From positions 4,224,001 to 4,288,000 of the forward strand of contig CBDCGL010000011.1 of the NCBI GenBank assembly GCA_965216755.1: 64,000 nucleotides of DNA, read 5' to 3'. Source of the DNA: Alphaproteobacteria bacterium. GTDB taxonomy: Bacteria; Pseudomonadota; Alphaproteobacteria; UBA7887. The translations under genes and the position numbers were made by a program. Positions 36,708 through 46,614 of the stretch are shown piece by piece; the first letter of the stretch is position 1; every line of letters starts with the position of its first letter. The notes beneath the pieces were generated by a model that did not search any database, was not told the origin of the DNA, and saw only the letters and a list, made by a program, of their open reading frames with translations.

Positions 36708-37886
36708 GTGAATGCAAAGAGCCGATGGCTCGCTGGATTGGCACTGTTTCTTACTCTCTGGTGGGCGGGCGGAGGCTCTGCGCAGGAACCGCCAGCTGAA
36801 ATCGAATACAACATCTCTCGAGCCCATGAGCTGTTTGATGCTGGCCAGTCACGCGAAGCGCTAACATTTTATGCGACCGCTTTGGGACAGAGCGCGGCCG
36901 CCTTTGGCGCTAACAGCGCGGCGATTACCGTGCTGCTCGGCGATATTAGCGACCGCTACTGGAACGCTCGCCACTTCGATCTTGCCGAGGTCCTGTATCG
37001 CAATTGGATCGCCCTGATCGAACGCGACTATGGCACCAAGAACGGTGGCTTGGCACAGCCCCTAAGCTATTTGAGCGTGTTGCTGGGAACCCAAGGTCGA
37101 TTTGCCGAGGCGCAGCGCGCCTATGTGCGTTGCGTCTCAATTCTGGAAACCGAGAAATCGCGCGACAATCGGCGGATCGGCATGGCGGCCTTCAATTTGG
37201 CCACGGCCTATGAATATCACGGCCGATTGAATGAGGCCCGGGTCCTGTACACGCGCGCGGTCGAGATATGGCAGGCGGCAACCGACACGCAAGAAGCGAT
37301 TCTGACGACCGCAAAAGAGCGGCTGGCTGGGTTGGATCGACCGCCCCCGGCGCGGCCGATGGTCGCCGCGGAAAATGTCGTGGAGCTAACGGAGGAGCAA
37401 GCACAAGCGGCGGCGGCTGATGCTGTTGTGGGCGGTTTGATCACCGATGCCGGTTTGGGGGGCATCGGCCAACAATCCGCTAGCAATTCAGCGGGCGATG
37501 GCGATGCGGCCGGAGCCGGTGTTGGCACGGAGCCGGCGCCAGTGAATGACACCGCCACAGTGGTCGCGGTGGGTACGGCAGGGGACGCCGTCGCGCCATC
37601 GCTACCTTCAGTGCCGCCAAGTTTGGCGGCGGCATCGCGCGATTTCCGGGTTCACCTTGCCTCAGTCAAGGATGTCGAAGGCACGCACTATGAGTGGGAG
37701 CGGTTGAAAAAGCTGTACCCGGACTTACTTCGCGGACTCGATTTATCCGTTGTATCTGCCGATTTGGGGCCGGACAAGGGCGTCTTTTATCAGATCCAAG
37801 CCGGCCCGCTGTCCGAATCTTCGGCACGCGCGCTATGCGCGGCCCTTGCCGAACGCGATGCATGGTGCCGCGCCGTTCATACATAA
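36708..37886 (+). CDS. Secreted TPR-repeat + SPOR domain protein
   Basis: Signal peptide; kinesin-light-chain-like TPRs; Ala/Gly/Pro linker; SPOR (FRVHLASV..W..L...YP..L...GVFYQIQAGP..C...C). Confidence 0.8.
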   Translation: MNAKSRWLAGLALFLTLWWAGGGSAQEPPAEIEYNISRAHELFDAGQSREALTFYATALGQSAAAFGANSAAITVLLGDISDRYWNARHFDLAEVLYRNWIALIERDYGTKNGGLAQPLSYLSVLLGTQGRFAEAQRAYVRCVSILETEKSRDNRRIGMAAFNLATAYEYHGRLNEARVLYTRAVEIWQAATDTQEAILTTAKERLAGLDRPPPARPMVAAENVVELTEEQAQAAAADAVVGGLITDAGLGGIGQQSASNSAGDGDAAGAGVGTEPAPVNDTATVVAVGTAGDAVAPSLPSVPPSLAAASRDFRVHLASVKDVEGTHYEWERLKKLYPDLLRGLDLSVVSADLGPDKGVFYQIQAGPLSESSARALCAALAERDAWCRAVHT

Positions 37887-38190
37887 GTCATTAATACAAA
37901 AAGAAAATTCTGTTTGAGCCAGATCCTTTGCCGAATCTGACCGAAAGGCCTACGGTCGGCTCGATTGACGTCGGCACAGCGCCTATTTTATTGCTAGCGG
38001 TATCGGCACCGGCGTGGCCGCCGGCACCGTCGCCAGCGGACAGAGCAAGGCTGGGCATGTATGTGGCCGGCTCAACACGGGGCCCCAATACGCTGCGAGA
38101 TTCGGCGGCGGAGCTGGGTTGGTGCGCCGGATTTTGCGTGATCTGGCGATCGACGCGTCGATGTTTGCGTGTGGTCAGGAGACGGTGCAC

Positions 38191-39192
38191 ATGAAACAGG
38201 TGATCAAGGCCGCCGCGAAAGCGGTCGACCGCGGTGTCGTTTCGGCGTCTTTGGCTGTCGCCAAGGAACGTCCAGCCTTGTTGAGCTTCACCTTTCACGG
38301 CTTGTTCGAGACACGCGATGAAGCGCGCGACGGGACGATCTATCCGCACCAAATGGTGACCATCGACGATTTGCACTTTTTCATTGGCCATTTCAAAAAC
38401 GCCGGCTATCGCTTCATCAGCCCTGCCGAGCTTCTCTCCGGGCTTGACGCCGATGGCCACTATGCGCTGATGACGTTTGACGATGGCTACGCCAACAATC
38501 TGCGCGCTCTGCCTGTGTTGCGGGAACACAATGCTCCGGCGACCTTTTTTGTGACGACGAATAACGTTGCGCGCAGCCGGTGCTTTTGGTGGGACGTGCA
38601 TTACCGCGAACGTACCGCCCAGGGCATGGGAAAAGGAGCCGTGATCGAAGAACAGGAGGCGTGGAAGCGGGCGCCGTTTAACGAGATCGAAAGTCGGACC
38701 CGGGAAGCTTTTGGCGACGGCGCGTTTGCGCCACGTGGCGAAACCGATCGACCCATGACCGAAGATGAACTTAAGGCGTTCGCGGCTGATCCTTTGGTGA
38801 CGATCGGCAACCACACGGCCGACCACGCGATCTTGACCATGTGTGATGCGGAGGCGCGTGACCGCCAGTTGCGCGATAGCCAGGCGTACTTCGGCCGTGC
38901 TTTGGGGTCTCCGCCGGACATCATTGCCTATCCGAATGGCAATTTTGACGACGCCGTTATTGCGGCGGCGCGCGCGGCGGGGCTCAAGCTTGGCATGATC
39001 GTCGGCCCACGAAAAACGCGGCTGCCGCTCGCCGACTCTGAAATGATGATGCTCGATCGTTACGTTATCGATCCCATAGAAGGTGGGCCGAGTCTCGAGC
39101 AGCAATGCCGCGCTTGTCGCAGCGACATCCAGATCCTTAACACTGTGCGCCGAGTGCGTCGGCTGCGCCGCGCGCATCAAGGCATGCAATAG
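38191..39192 (+). CDS. Polysaccharide deacetylase (CE4/NodB)
   Basis: TFDDGY, GNHTADH, AYPNG; CAGGAG RBS before the ATG at 38191. Confidence 0.9.
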   Translation: MKQVIKAAAKAVDRGVVSASLAVAKERPALLSFTFHGLFETRDEARDGTIYPHQMVTIDDLHFFIGHFKNAGYRFISPAELLSGLDADGHYALMTFDDGYANNLRALPVLREHNAPATFFVTTNNVARSRCFWWDVHYRERTAQGMGKGAVIEEQEAWKRAPFNEIESRTREAFGDGAFAPRGETDRPMTEDELKAFAADPLVTIGNHTADHAILTMCDAEARDRQLRDSQAYFGRALGSPPDIIAYPNGNFDDAVIAAARAAGLKLGMIVGPRKTRLPLADSEMMMLDRYVIDPIEGGPSLEQQCRACRSDIQILNTVRRVRRLRRAHQGMQ

Positions 39193-39238
39193 TCGACGAT
39201 CGGGATAGCCAGACGATGATTGCGCGGTGGTTCGTGGG

Positions 39239-40735
39239 ATGACCCGCAAGGAAAGCGAATTTCGCGCGGTATGGCGACAAGGGCGCGTTTATGGACTGGG
39301 CAACGCGCTCAATCGAGTCGCAGCCCTCCTGCTGATTCCGGTTCTTCTCCATTCGCTGTCGGCCGAGGAATGGGGCGCCTACGCGCTGATCCTGATATTC
39401 AGTCAAGCGCTGTCCATGGGGGCGTCGGTGATCAACGACTCCATGGCACGTATCTATTACGACTATGAGGAAGAAACGAAACGTTGCCAGGTGGTCGGCA
39501 CGGCATTCGTTTTGTTCCTGATGGCCGCGGCGCTTCTGGGTGTTCTGGCTTACCCCTTGGCCATCGCCATAAATGGATTTCTGTTCGACCATGATCGCTA
39601 TTTCAACGCGGTGTTGTTGGCGAACTTCGGTGTCATTTTCGAGTTACTGCTGGGCATGTTGCTGATCTATGTGCGGTTGCGCCGCCGCCCGCTCATTTTT
39701 GTCTCGATCAGTCTTGCCCGGTCGCTTATTCAACTCAGTCTAAGCATCGTGTTGGTCGCCTATCTGGGTATGGGCGTCATGGGTGTGGTGATTGGGAATT
39801 TCGCCGCGATCACGCTGCTTTCGATTCCGGCGGCTGCGATGATGCTGCGGCATACCGGCCTTCATTACCGGCGACCGGTGGCGCGCGAGATGACCCGCTT
39901 GGCGGTACCGATGGTTCCCGCCTGGTTCGTGCGTAGCTCGTTCAATTTGATTGAGCGCACGATGCTCAATCAATTGACGACGACGGCGACGGTTGGCGTC
40001 TACGCGGTCGGTCGGCGACTGACGGAGCAATTCGACAATTTACTGACGCTGCCCTTCGCCCATGTCTGGGGCGTCCATTTGCTTGAAGTCGGCGATTCGG
40101 TGGAACGCGCGAAAGAGCTGAATCGGGTACTCAATTTGGTCATGTTCGTGCTGACCGGCGCGTCGCTTACATTGTCCCTGTTTTGCTTGGAGATTTTGCA
40201 GATCATCGCGGCGCCCGAATTTTGGGACGTGGCGCCGGTCATCCCGATCATGGCACTGACTGGTATTGTTGGTGTGCCGATCTATCATTTCGAGAGGTGT
40301 TTGCTTCAGAAAAAGCAGACAGTCTACATGCCGATCATCAACTGGAGCGTGGTCGCGTTCAGTATTGGCATATTCTTTATCATGATACCGATTCACCCAC
40401 TTTGGGGCACCGCGTGTGCCGGTCTGATGGTATTTCTTTTTAAGCTGTCACTGACGGTGTTTTTCGTCGCGCGGTGTTCCGACGTCCATAGGCTGTTTCC
40501 TTGGGGAGGCGTCGCGACCTATATCTTGTTGGCGATCATCACCTATGGCGTGTCGCTATGGCTGATCGGCGACACGGTCAGTCTGGCCGGGATTGCCGGA
40601 AAGCTTGCTTTGCTGGCGATCGGTGGCACGATCGCGTTCTACAGCCCGGCCTTCGATCGTGATGAACGGCGCGCGGCGATCGGCATGGCCAATGGCTTCG
40701 CCCAGCGGCTGGGTTTGAATTTCGGAGGACGGTGA
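39239..40735 (+). CDS. wzx: Wzx-type oligosaccharide flippase
   Basis: About 13-14 TM segments; YGLGNALNR..ALLLIP..LS.EEWG N-terminus; VGVYAVG. Confidence 0.85.
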   Translation: MTRKESEFRAVWRQGRVYGLGNALNRVAALLLIPVLLHSLSAEEWGAYALILIFSQALSMGASVINDSMARIYYDYEEETKRCQVVGTAFVLFLMAAALLGVLAYPLAIAINGFLFDHDRYFNAVLLANFGVIFELLLGMLLIYVRLRRRPLIFVSISLARSLIQLSLSIVLVAYLGMGVMGVVIGNFAAITLLSIPAAAMMLRHTGLHYRRPVAREMTRLAVPMVPAWFVRSSFNLIERTMLNQLTTTATVGVYAVGRRLTEQFDNLLTLPFAHVWGVHLLEVGDSVERAKELNRVLNLVMFVLTGASLTLSLFCLEILQIIAAPEFWDVAPVIPIMALTGIVGVPIYHFERCLLQKKQTVYMPIINWSVVAFSIGIFFIMIPIHPLWGTACAGLMVFLFKLSLTVFFVARCSDVHRLFPWGGVATYILLAIITYGVSLWLIGDTVSLAGIAGKLALLAIGGTIAFYSPAFDRDERRAAIGMANGFAQRLGLNFGGR

Positions 40736-40750
40736 AACCGCGCGCCAGGT

Positions 40751-42694
40751 TCAGACCAATTCGGGCGTGCGCGTTTGTTCTTCTGCCAGCGCATCTGCCG
40801 TCAAGCCATATTTTCTGCACCATACCTCAAACATGAGCAACGTCCATACGGCACGACTGTGATCCCGTGCGAGCGAGCGATGTTCGGCCAGCAAAGCGGC
40901 GACCGAATCACGATCGATGATCCGTGTCACCACGGAGTCCGAGGCCAGGATCCGGTCTTGGGCAAAGCGACCCAAGTCTTCCTTGAACCAATAAGTCATG
41001 GGGATCACGAAGCCCTGCTTACGCCGCCACAAAAATCCCTTGGGGAAGTAATTTTCCATGACCCGTTTCAAGATGTATTTGGTCTTGCCACCACACATAT
41101 GCGTGCGCAGCGCGATGCGGTTGGCAAGTTCGGCCAAGCGGTGATCCAGGAACGGCGTCCGTAATTCCAAACTGTGCGCCATACTCGTACGGTCTGTCTT
41201 GACCAGCATTTGGTCGGTCAAACTGGCGTGTTGGTGGAATAGGGCGAACGCTTCCAACGGCGACAGCGTATCATCGTAGAGCACGCGCAATTGGGCGCGG
41301 TCATTGGTATTGACGCAGAGTTGCGAAAGATAGTCCGACATAAGCGCCAGACGTTCGCGCCGAAAACCCTGTTGATGCTTAGAGTTTAGCCTTATGCGCG
41401 CCGGCAACTCGACGTCGGCGATATTCTGCGCCAGCCTGTCGAAGCGTTCCCGTCGCGCGGCATCTGTGGCGGGGAGGCGGCGCAATGCGGAGATCGCAGC
41501 GTTGCGAATAAAACTCGGAACATAGCGCAAACGTTCGCTGAGAATATGGCCACGATAACTGTCATAACCGGCGAACATTTCATCGCCGCCGTCACCGGTA
41601 AGCGCGACGGTGACCGACTCGCGCGCGTGTTCGGCCAGATACCAAACCGGCAAAGCCGCGGGATCCGCGAACGGTTCGTCCAAATGCCAAGCGAGCTCTT
41701 CGATCACGTCCAAAGACTGCGGCGTTAGAACGATTTCGTGGTGATTGATGCCGAACCGCTTCGCCACAAAACGCTGATAGGGGCGTTCGTCGTAGATCGT
41801 TTCTTCGAAGCCGATGCCGAACGTTTCCAGCCGTGTATCGCTGACATCTTGCGCGAGCGCGACGATGGCGCTCGAATCGACGCCGCCACTGAGGAAAAAC
41901 CCCAACGGCACGTCGCTGATCATGCGCTTCTCGACCGAATCCCTCAGCAATTCGTGGGTCAGACGGACGCCTTCGCGTTCATCGGTGATTTCCGGCGAAC
42001 CCCGTTGCGGCGTCCAATAGGGCCAGACCTTGCAGGAGCCAGCCTCAATTCGTAATGCATGTCCTGGCAATAATTTATGTACGCCGCGAAATATCGTGCC
42101 GGGACCACGTACGTAATTGTAGACGAAATACCAATAGAGACCCAGCGGGTCGATCTTGGGTTCAAAGACCCCGCCAACGAAAAGCGCCTTCAGTTCCGAC
42201 GCGAAATAGAAAGCATCGTCGGTCTCGCAATAGTAAAGGGGTTTTTCGCCAAACCGATCACGTGCCGCGAAGACCCGATTTTTTCGCTTGTCGTAAATGA
42301 CAAACGCAAACATGCCGTTCAGATGGTCAAGGCAGCCTTCACCCCACTCGACATAGGCGGCCAGCAATACTTCGGTATCGGATTTCCCGGTGAGATTGTG
42401 GCCGCGCCCACGTAGGATACGAGCCACCTCTTTATAGTTGTATATCTCACCATTATAGACCACGGCGAACGTGCCGTCGGGTGTTGTCATCGGCTGTTGA
42501 CCACCTACCAGGTCAATGACACTCAGCCGCCTATGCGCCATAAGTGCGGACCCTAGTTGCAACTCGCCATATTCGTCGGGCCCGCGATGAACGATCGCGG
42601 CCGCCATATCCCGCACGCGCGCGCGCTCGCGCGCAATCCAGCCAACGTTGCCGCTGACATGGTGCTTTTCATGAGTGAAGACAAACCCGCACAT
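40751..42694 (-). CDS. asnB: Asparagine synthase-like glutamine amidotransferase
   Basis: MCG N-terminus, HRGPD, RRLSVID, NGEIYN, LSGGVDSS, GDGGDE, RRKQGF. Confidence 0.9.
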   Translation of the reverse strand: MCGFVFTHEKHHVSGNVGWIARERARVRDMAAAIVHRGPDEYGELQLGSALMAHRRLSVIDLVGGQQPMTTPDGTFAVVYNGEIYNYKEVARILRGRGHNLTGKSDTEVLLAAYVEWGEGCLDHLNGMFAFVIYDKRKNRVFAARDRFGEKPLYYCETDDAFYFASELKALFVGGVFEPKIDPLGLYWYFVYNYVRGPGTIFRGVHKLLPGHALRIEAGSCKVWPYWTPQRGSPEITDEREGVRLTHELLRDSVEKRMISDVPLGFFLSGGVDSSAIVALAQDVSDTRLETFGIGFEETIYDERPYQRFVAKRFGINHHEIVLTPQSLDVIEELAWHLDEPFADPAALPVWYLAEHARESVTVALTGDGGDEMFAGYDSYRGHILSERLRYVPSFIRNAAISALRRLPATDAARRERFDRLAQNIADVELPARIRLNSKHQQGFRRERLALMSDYLSQLCVNTNDRAQLRVLYDDTLSPLEAFALFHQHASLTDQMLVKTDRTSMAHSLELRTPFLDHRLAELANRIALRTHMCGGKTKYILKRVMENYFPKGFLWRRKQGFVIPMTYWFKEDLGRFAQDRILASDSVVTRIIDRDSVAALLAEHRSLARDHSRAVWTLLMFEVWCRKYGLTADALAEEQTRTPELV

Positions 42695-42968
42695 GGGCCC
42701 GCGCCTACCTCTTTGCCGCTCCGTCGAGGCCAGCCCCGAACATCGAGTGGCGCGACAAGATTGATGAAATTGCGAGCGGATCGTCGTTTCGGTTCACGCG
42801 AGACACTGTCATATTGCGGCTGTCGACGGCCGACTGTTGAGGGCGATTTGTTCGCGGCCCAGTGCCCGGCGGCGCGACGCGGCCAAGCGGGGCATATGGC
42901 GGCGCAGCCAAGGCACGCGTACGTGGCGATGACCTCGTTGGATTTTCGACACGCCTTGGAGTGTGAGG

Positions 42969-44075
42969 ATGAACAATAGGTTGGCCGATATGAAGATTGT
43001 CTTCACGGGGGCCATAGCCCGGCCGGGCCAGCCCGCTGTTGGTGGCGTCGAGGCGAGCAATCGCGCGATTATCGACGCATTGGTCCACCGTGGTGTATCG
43101 GTCACCGAATTGCGCTACCCAACCCCCGATCGTCATGGCGGCATGGGCGCAAAGCTGGTGGCTTATGGTTTTGGCCTGCTTGCCGTCGCATGGCGCGAGA
43201 TTGTGACCGCGCCACGTTCGCAGTTGTTGCATGTGACCAGTCTTTATCGCCATTTCATCTATCCGGAGCTTGCTTATGTTTGTATCGGGCGCGTTCTCGG
43301 GAAACCGGTTTTCTTTCACATTCGAGGCGGCGACTGGCTGGAACAATATGGGAGACGAACCGGAATCTACCGGTGGGCGTGTGAACGTGCCCTGAAGTAC
43401 AGTCACTATGTTGCCGTTCAAGGCAAGGAAATAGTACCGTTTGTTGAAGAAAGAGAAGCAAAGTCATTTTATTTTCCAAATTTCGTCACGGTGCCGCCCC
43501 GTTTCAACCCCCGCCTTGAGCATCTGGGCGACACCATAAAGTTGGTTTATCTCGGCGCCTTACGGGAAGAAAAAGGTGTCGAGGTCGTGCTGCAAACACG
43601 GCGACAATTGGAGTTGTCCGGCAAAACTGCAACCGTGCGTTTGATCGGCGCCGGCGATGACGCGTATGTGGCCGGTCTCAGGGAGCGTTACGACGAAGCC
43701 AGCATCGAATGGCTGGGGGCGATCGACCACGACCGTGTCCGAGATGCCGTTGGCGGGTCGCATTTCTTCGTGTTTCCAACGCGTTGGCATGGCGAGGGAC
43801 AATCCAACGCTCTGACCGAATGTATGGCGGAGGGCGTGGTGCCGATTTGCAGCGACCATGGGTTCAACAAACGAATGGTGGCCGATGCCGGGACGGTTAT
43901 GGACAAATATGCCAGCGCCGAACAATATGCCGACGCGATCATCGACATTTGGGATCATGACCAGTGGCGTGCGCTGTCCGAGCTGTGCACAAAGCGCGTA
44001 CGCGACAGTTTTACCGCGGACGTTGTCATCGATCGTCTCATGTGCACCTATAAGGAGTTGGTTGACTCGCGGTAA
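42969..44075 (+). CDS. Glycosyltransferase family 4
   Basis: LGALREEKG; FPTRWHGEGQSNALTECMA (EX7E). Confidence 0.85.
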   Translation: MNNRLADMKIVFTGAIARPGQPAVGGVEASNRAIIDALVHRGVSVTELRYPTPDRHGGMGAKLVAYGFGLLAVAWREIVTAPRSQLLHVTSLYRHFIYPELAYVCIGRVLGKPVFFHIRGGDWLEQYGRRTGIYRWACERALKYSHYVAVQGKEIVPFVEEREAKSFYFPNFVTVPPRFNPRLEHLGDTIKLVYLGALREEKGVEVVLQTRRQLELSGKTATVRLIGAGDDAYVAGLRERYDEASIEWLGAIDHDRVRDAVGGSHFFVFPTRWHGEGQSNALTECMAEGVVPICSDHGFNKRMVADAGTVMDKYASAEQYADAIIDIWDHDQWRALSELCTKRVRDSFTADVVIDRLMCTYKELVDSR

Positions 44076-45262
44076 CGCGATGCCATCGACGGCAAGGGAT
44101 TTCCCGCCAAGACACTGTGGTACAGCTTTAGATGCGCGCGCGCCATCGCCGTGAGGCTGTATTGTGCGTCGACCAAGTCGAACGCTCGCGCCCCACACGC
44201 TTCGGCCAAGCCTGGATTGGCCAGCATTTCGGTACAGGTCACCGCGGCTGCGGCGGCGTCGTCGAGCGGAAACAATCGACCCGTTTTGCTGTCATCGACG
44301 ATGTCATTGTGGCCGGGAATGTCGGTCGCAACGATGGGCAAAGCCCACGCCATGCCTTCCAAGAGCGCAAACGGCAGACCTTCCTCGCGCGACGCCGAAA
44401 TCATGACATCGGCCTTGCTCAGTCTTTCGCCGACATTCGTGACGGCACCGGCAAAGCGAACGACATCGGTCAGGCCGAGTGACCGTGCCTGGGCCTCGAA
44501 ACGCGCGCGATCAACACCATCCCCGAGAATGTCGAGCGTCGCGCGCGGATGTGACTCGTGGATCGCTTTCATGGCGTTGATCAGTGTCTCGACGCCTTTG
44601 CGCAGGTCCAATCGTCCGACAAACACCAGTGACGGTCCATCCGGATAATTGTTTTGCGCGCGCGCCAATCGCGCTGATCGTGACTCTTCAAGCTCTTCGG
44701 CCGAGGGTACGTCAACGCCGTTGGGGATCACTCGGACGTCGGCCTTGTCGATACCAAATTTGTGATAGAGCGAATCGCGTACGGACTCGGAGACAGCGAT
44801 ATTCTTGGCTGCGATCTTGATGCCATGCCGCAACATCTGCCGCCGGATCCAGCCGTATATCGGTCGGCCCTCCCCAGCCGCTTCCATCAGGTTTGTTGAG
44901 TGATGCGAGGCGACCATCGGGGGGCCACCCATGCGGTGCGCACGTGCCGCCCAAAACGTCGAGTCCGACATGTGTGCATGAATCAGGTCGACATCGTTCG
45001 CGGCGGCGATTTCGTGGACGCGTCGTGGAACCCTCGTCAGTCCGCGCAGCCCGATCACCGGACCAAAATTCAGAAGTGGTATATCCGCGTCGACAAACCG
45101 CGATTCGAGTGCGCCGCGTCGTCGCCACGGCAATACGATCGGCTGGCAGCCGAGCCCTTTCAATCCTTTCGACAGGCTCAGAACCGCCACCTGACCGCCG
45201 CCGATCTCGATTTCTCGAATGAGGAACAGCACCCGCAACGGTCGGTCGCGATCAGAAATCAT
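44048..45262 (-). CDS. Glycosyltransferase family 4
   Basis: GGGQ, IPNGVD, VGRLDLRKG, EGLPFALLEGMA. Confidence 0.9.
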   Translation of the reverse strand: MISDRDRPLRVLFLIREIEIGGGQVAVLSLSKGLKGLGCQPIVLPWRRRGALESRFVDADIPLLNFGPVIGLRGLTRVPRRVHEIAAANDVDLIHAHMSDSTFWAARAHRMGGPPMVASHHSTNLMEAAGEGRPIYGWIRRQMLRHGIKIAAKNIAVSESVRDSLYHKFGIDKADVRVIPNGVDVPSAEELEESRSARLARAQNNYPDGPSLVFVGRLDLRKGVETLINAMKAIHESHPRATLDILGDGVDRARFEAQARSLGLTDVVRFAGAVTNVGERLSKADVMISASREEGLPFALLEGMAWALPIVATDIPGHNDIVDDSKTGRLFPLDDAAAAAVTCTEMLANPGLAEACGARAFDLVDAQYSLTAMARAHLKLYHSVLAGNPLPSMASRYRESTNSL

Positions 45263-45393
45263 CTCTGACCTCCGTGCTCAAGGTCGACGCCGCCCATTAT
45301 GCGCCCGCGTCAGTCTGTTTTCTTGCGATAAAGCGCATGGCGGCAACAAAACGCCACCGAAGCCGATCAACGGGCCATCGTCGGATCGGATTA

Positions 45394-46614
45394 TTACCGC
45401 CACAAAGAGCCATATGCCGCCAACAGATGCGGGACCTCATGCGGCCACGCCAGTTCATTCTCCACCCGCGCACGTCCAAATTCACCCATTGTCCGGCGCC
45501 GGTTCGGATCGTCCAATAACTCTAGAATCTTTTCGGCAAAATCGATCGCGTCGTCATGGCGCGCATAAAGCGACGCGTCGCGTGCCGAAAACCGTCCCTC
45601 GGTCATGTCGAATTGCACAACCGGCTTGGCCAGTGCCATGTATTCCATGATCTTGTTCATGGTGGATTTGTCGTTGAGGGCGTTGAACGAATCCGGATTG
45701 ACGCAAACATCTGCAGTGTTCAATACGGCGAGCAGTTCCTCGTCCGGCGCACGGCCGGTGAAATTGACATGATCCTGAAGTTTCAAATCATTTGCCAATG
45801 CAATCAGGGCATCAAGCTCAGGCCCCGAGCCGACCAGCGTGAAATGCACATCATCGCGGCCGAGGGTCTTGACGATATGTGCTGCCGCGCTGAGCAAGAG
45901 ATCGATACCTTCCTGCTGGCCCATCACACCGACATAGCCGACCAGGAAGGTTCGTCCGTGCTTGAGCGTCGGGTCGGGCGGCATGACCCGCATGCGGTCC
46001 AGGTTGGGACCAGAGCGCACAACAAACACTTGGTCTGCGCGTTTGCCGCCGCGCGTCGTCGCGATCTTTCTATAGGAATTGTTGGTGGCGATCACGGCGT
46101 CGGCTGTCCGAAACGTGCAGCGTTCGAACCAACACAACAGGCGATAAAAGAAATCGCGCCGCGCGAACTTCGCTTCGTAGAGCTCCGGCCCCAAGTCGTG
46201 CTGGTCGAATAGAAACTTCTTGCGAAAGAAAAGCTTAAAGAACCCACCGACCAAAAAGATTAGGTCTGGTGGGTTGCAGGCGTGGATGACATCGAATCCA
46301 CGCCGCCACAACACCACCCAGCTCAGATAGAACTCCCAGAACAAGGCGCTGGTATATTCCAGCAAGTAGCCGCGCGCGCCGCGCGCCTCCAAGGGCAGCG
46401 TGTGACGGTAAATGTGAATGCCGTCGATCACTTCGCGCCGCGCCTCGTGACCCTTACCGGTCGGGCAAATGACAGACACGTTATAGCCGGCCTGCTGCAA
46501 AGTGGTTGCTTCATGCCAGACCCGCCGATCGAACGGCACGGGCAGATTTTCGACGATGATCAGAACACGGCGTGGGCGCGGCACGGTCGAACGGTCACCA
46601 GTTGATGCCATCAT
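45394..46614 (-). CDS. Glycosyltransferase family 4
   Basis: ENLPVPFDRRV, HACNPPD, VGVMGQQEG, STMNKIMEYMA. Confidence 0.9.
   Translation of the reverse strand: MMASTGDRSTVPRPRRVLIIVENLPVPFDRRVWHEATTLQQAGYNVSVICPTGKGHEARREVIDGIHIYRHTLPLEARGARGYLLEYTSALFWEFYLSWVVLWRRGFDVIHACNPPDLIFLVGGFFKLFFRKKFLFDQHDLGPELYEAKFARRDFFYRLLCWFERCTFRTADAVIATNNSYRKIATTRGGKRADQVFVVRSGPNLDRMRVMPPDPTLKHGRTFLVGYVGVMGQQEGIDLLLSAAAHIVKTLGRDDVHFTLVGSGPELDALIALANDLKLQDHVNFTGRAPDEELLAVLNTADVCVNPDSFNALNDKSTMNKIMEYMALAKPVVQFDMTEGRFSARDASLYARHDDAIDFAEKILELLDDPNRRRTMGEFGRARVENELAWPHEVPHLLAAYGSLWR

Noticed and set aside
37891-39249. 452-aa minus-strand ORF
   Set aside because: Antisense shadow of the polysaccharide deacetylase; no motifs; typical of high-GC codon bias.
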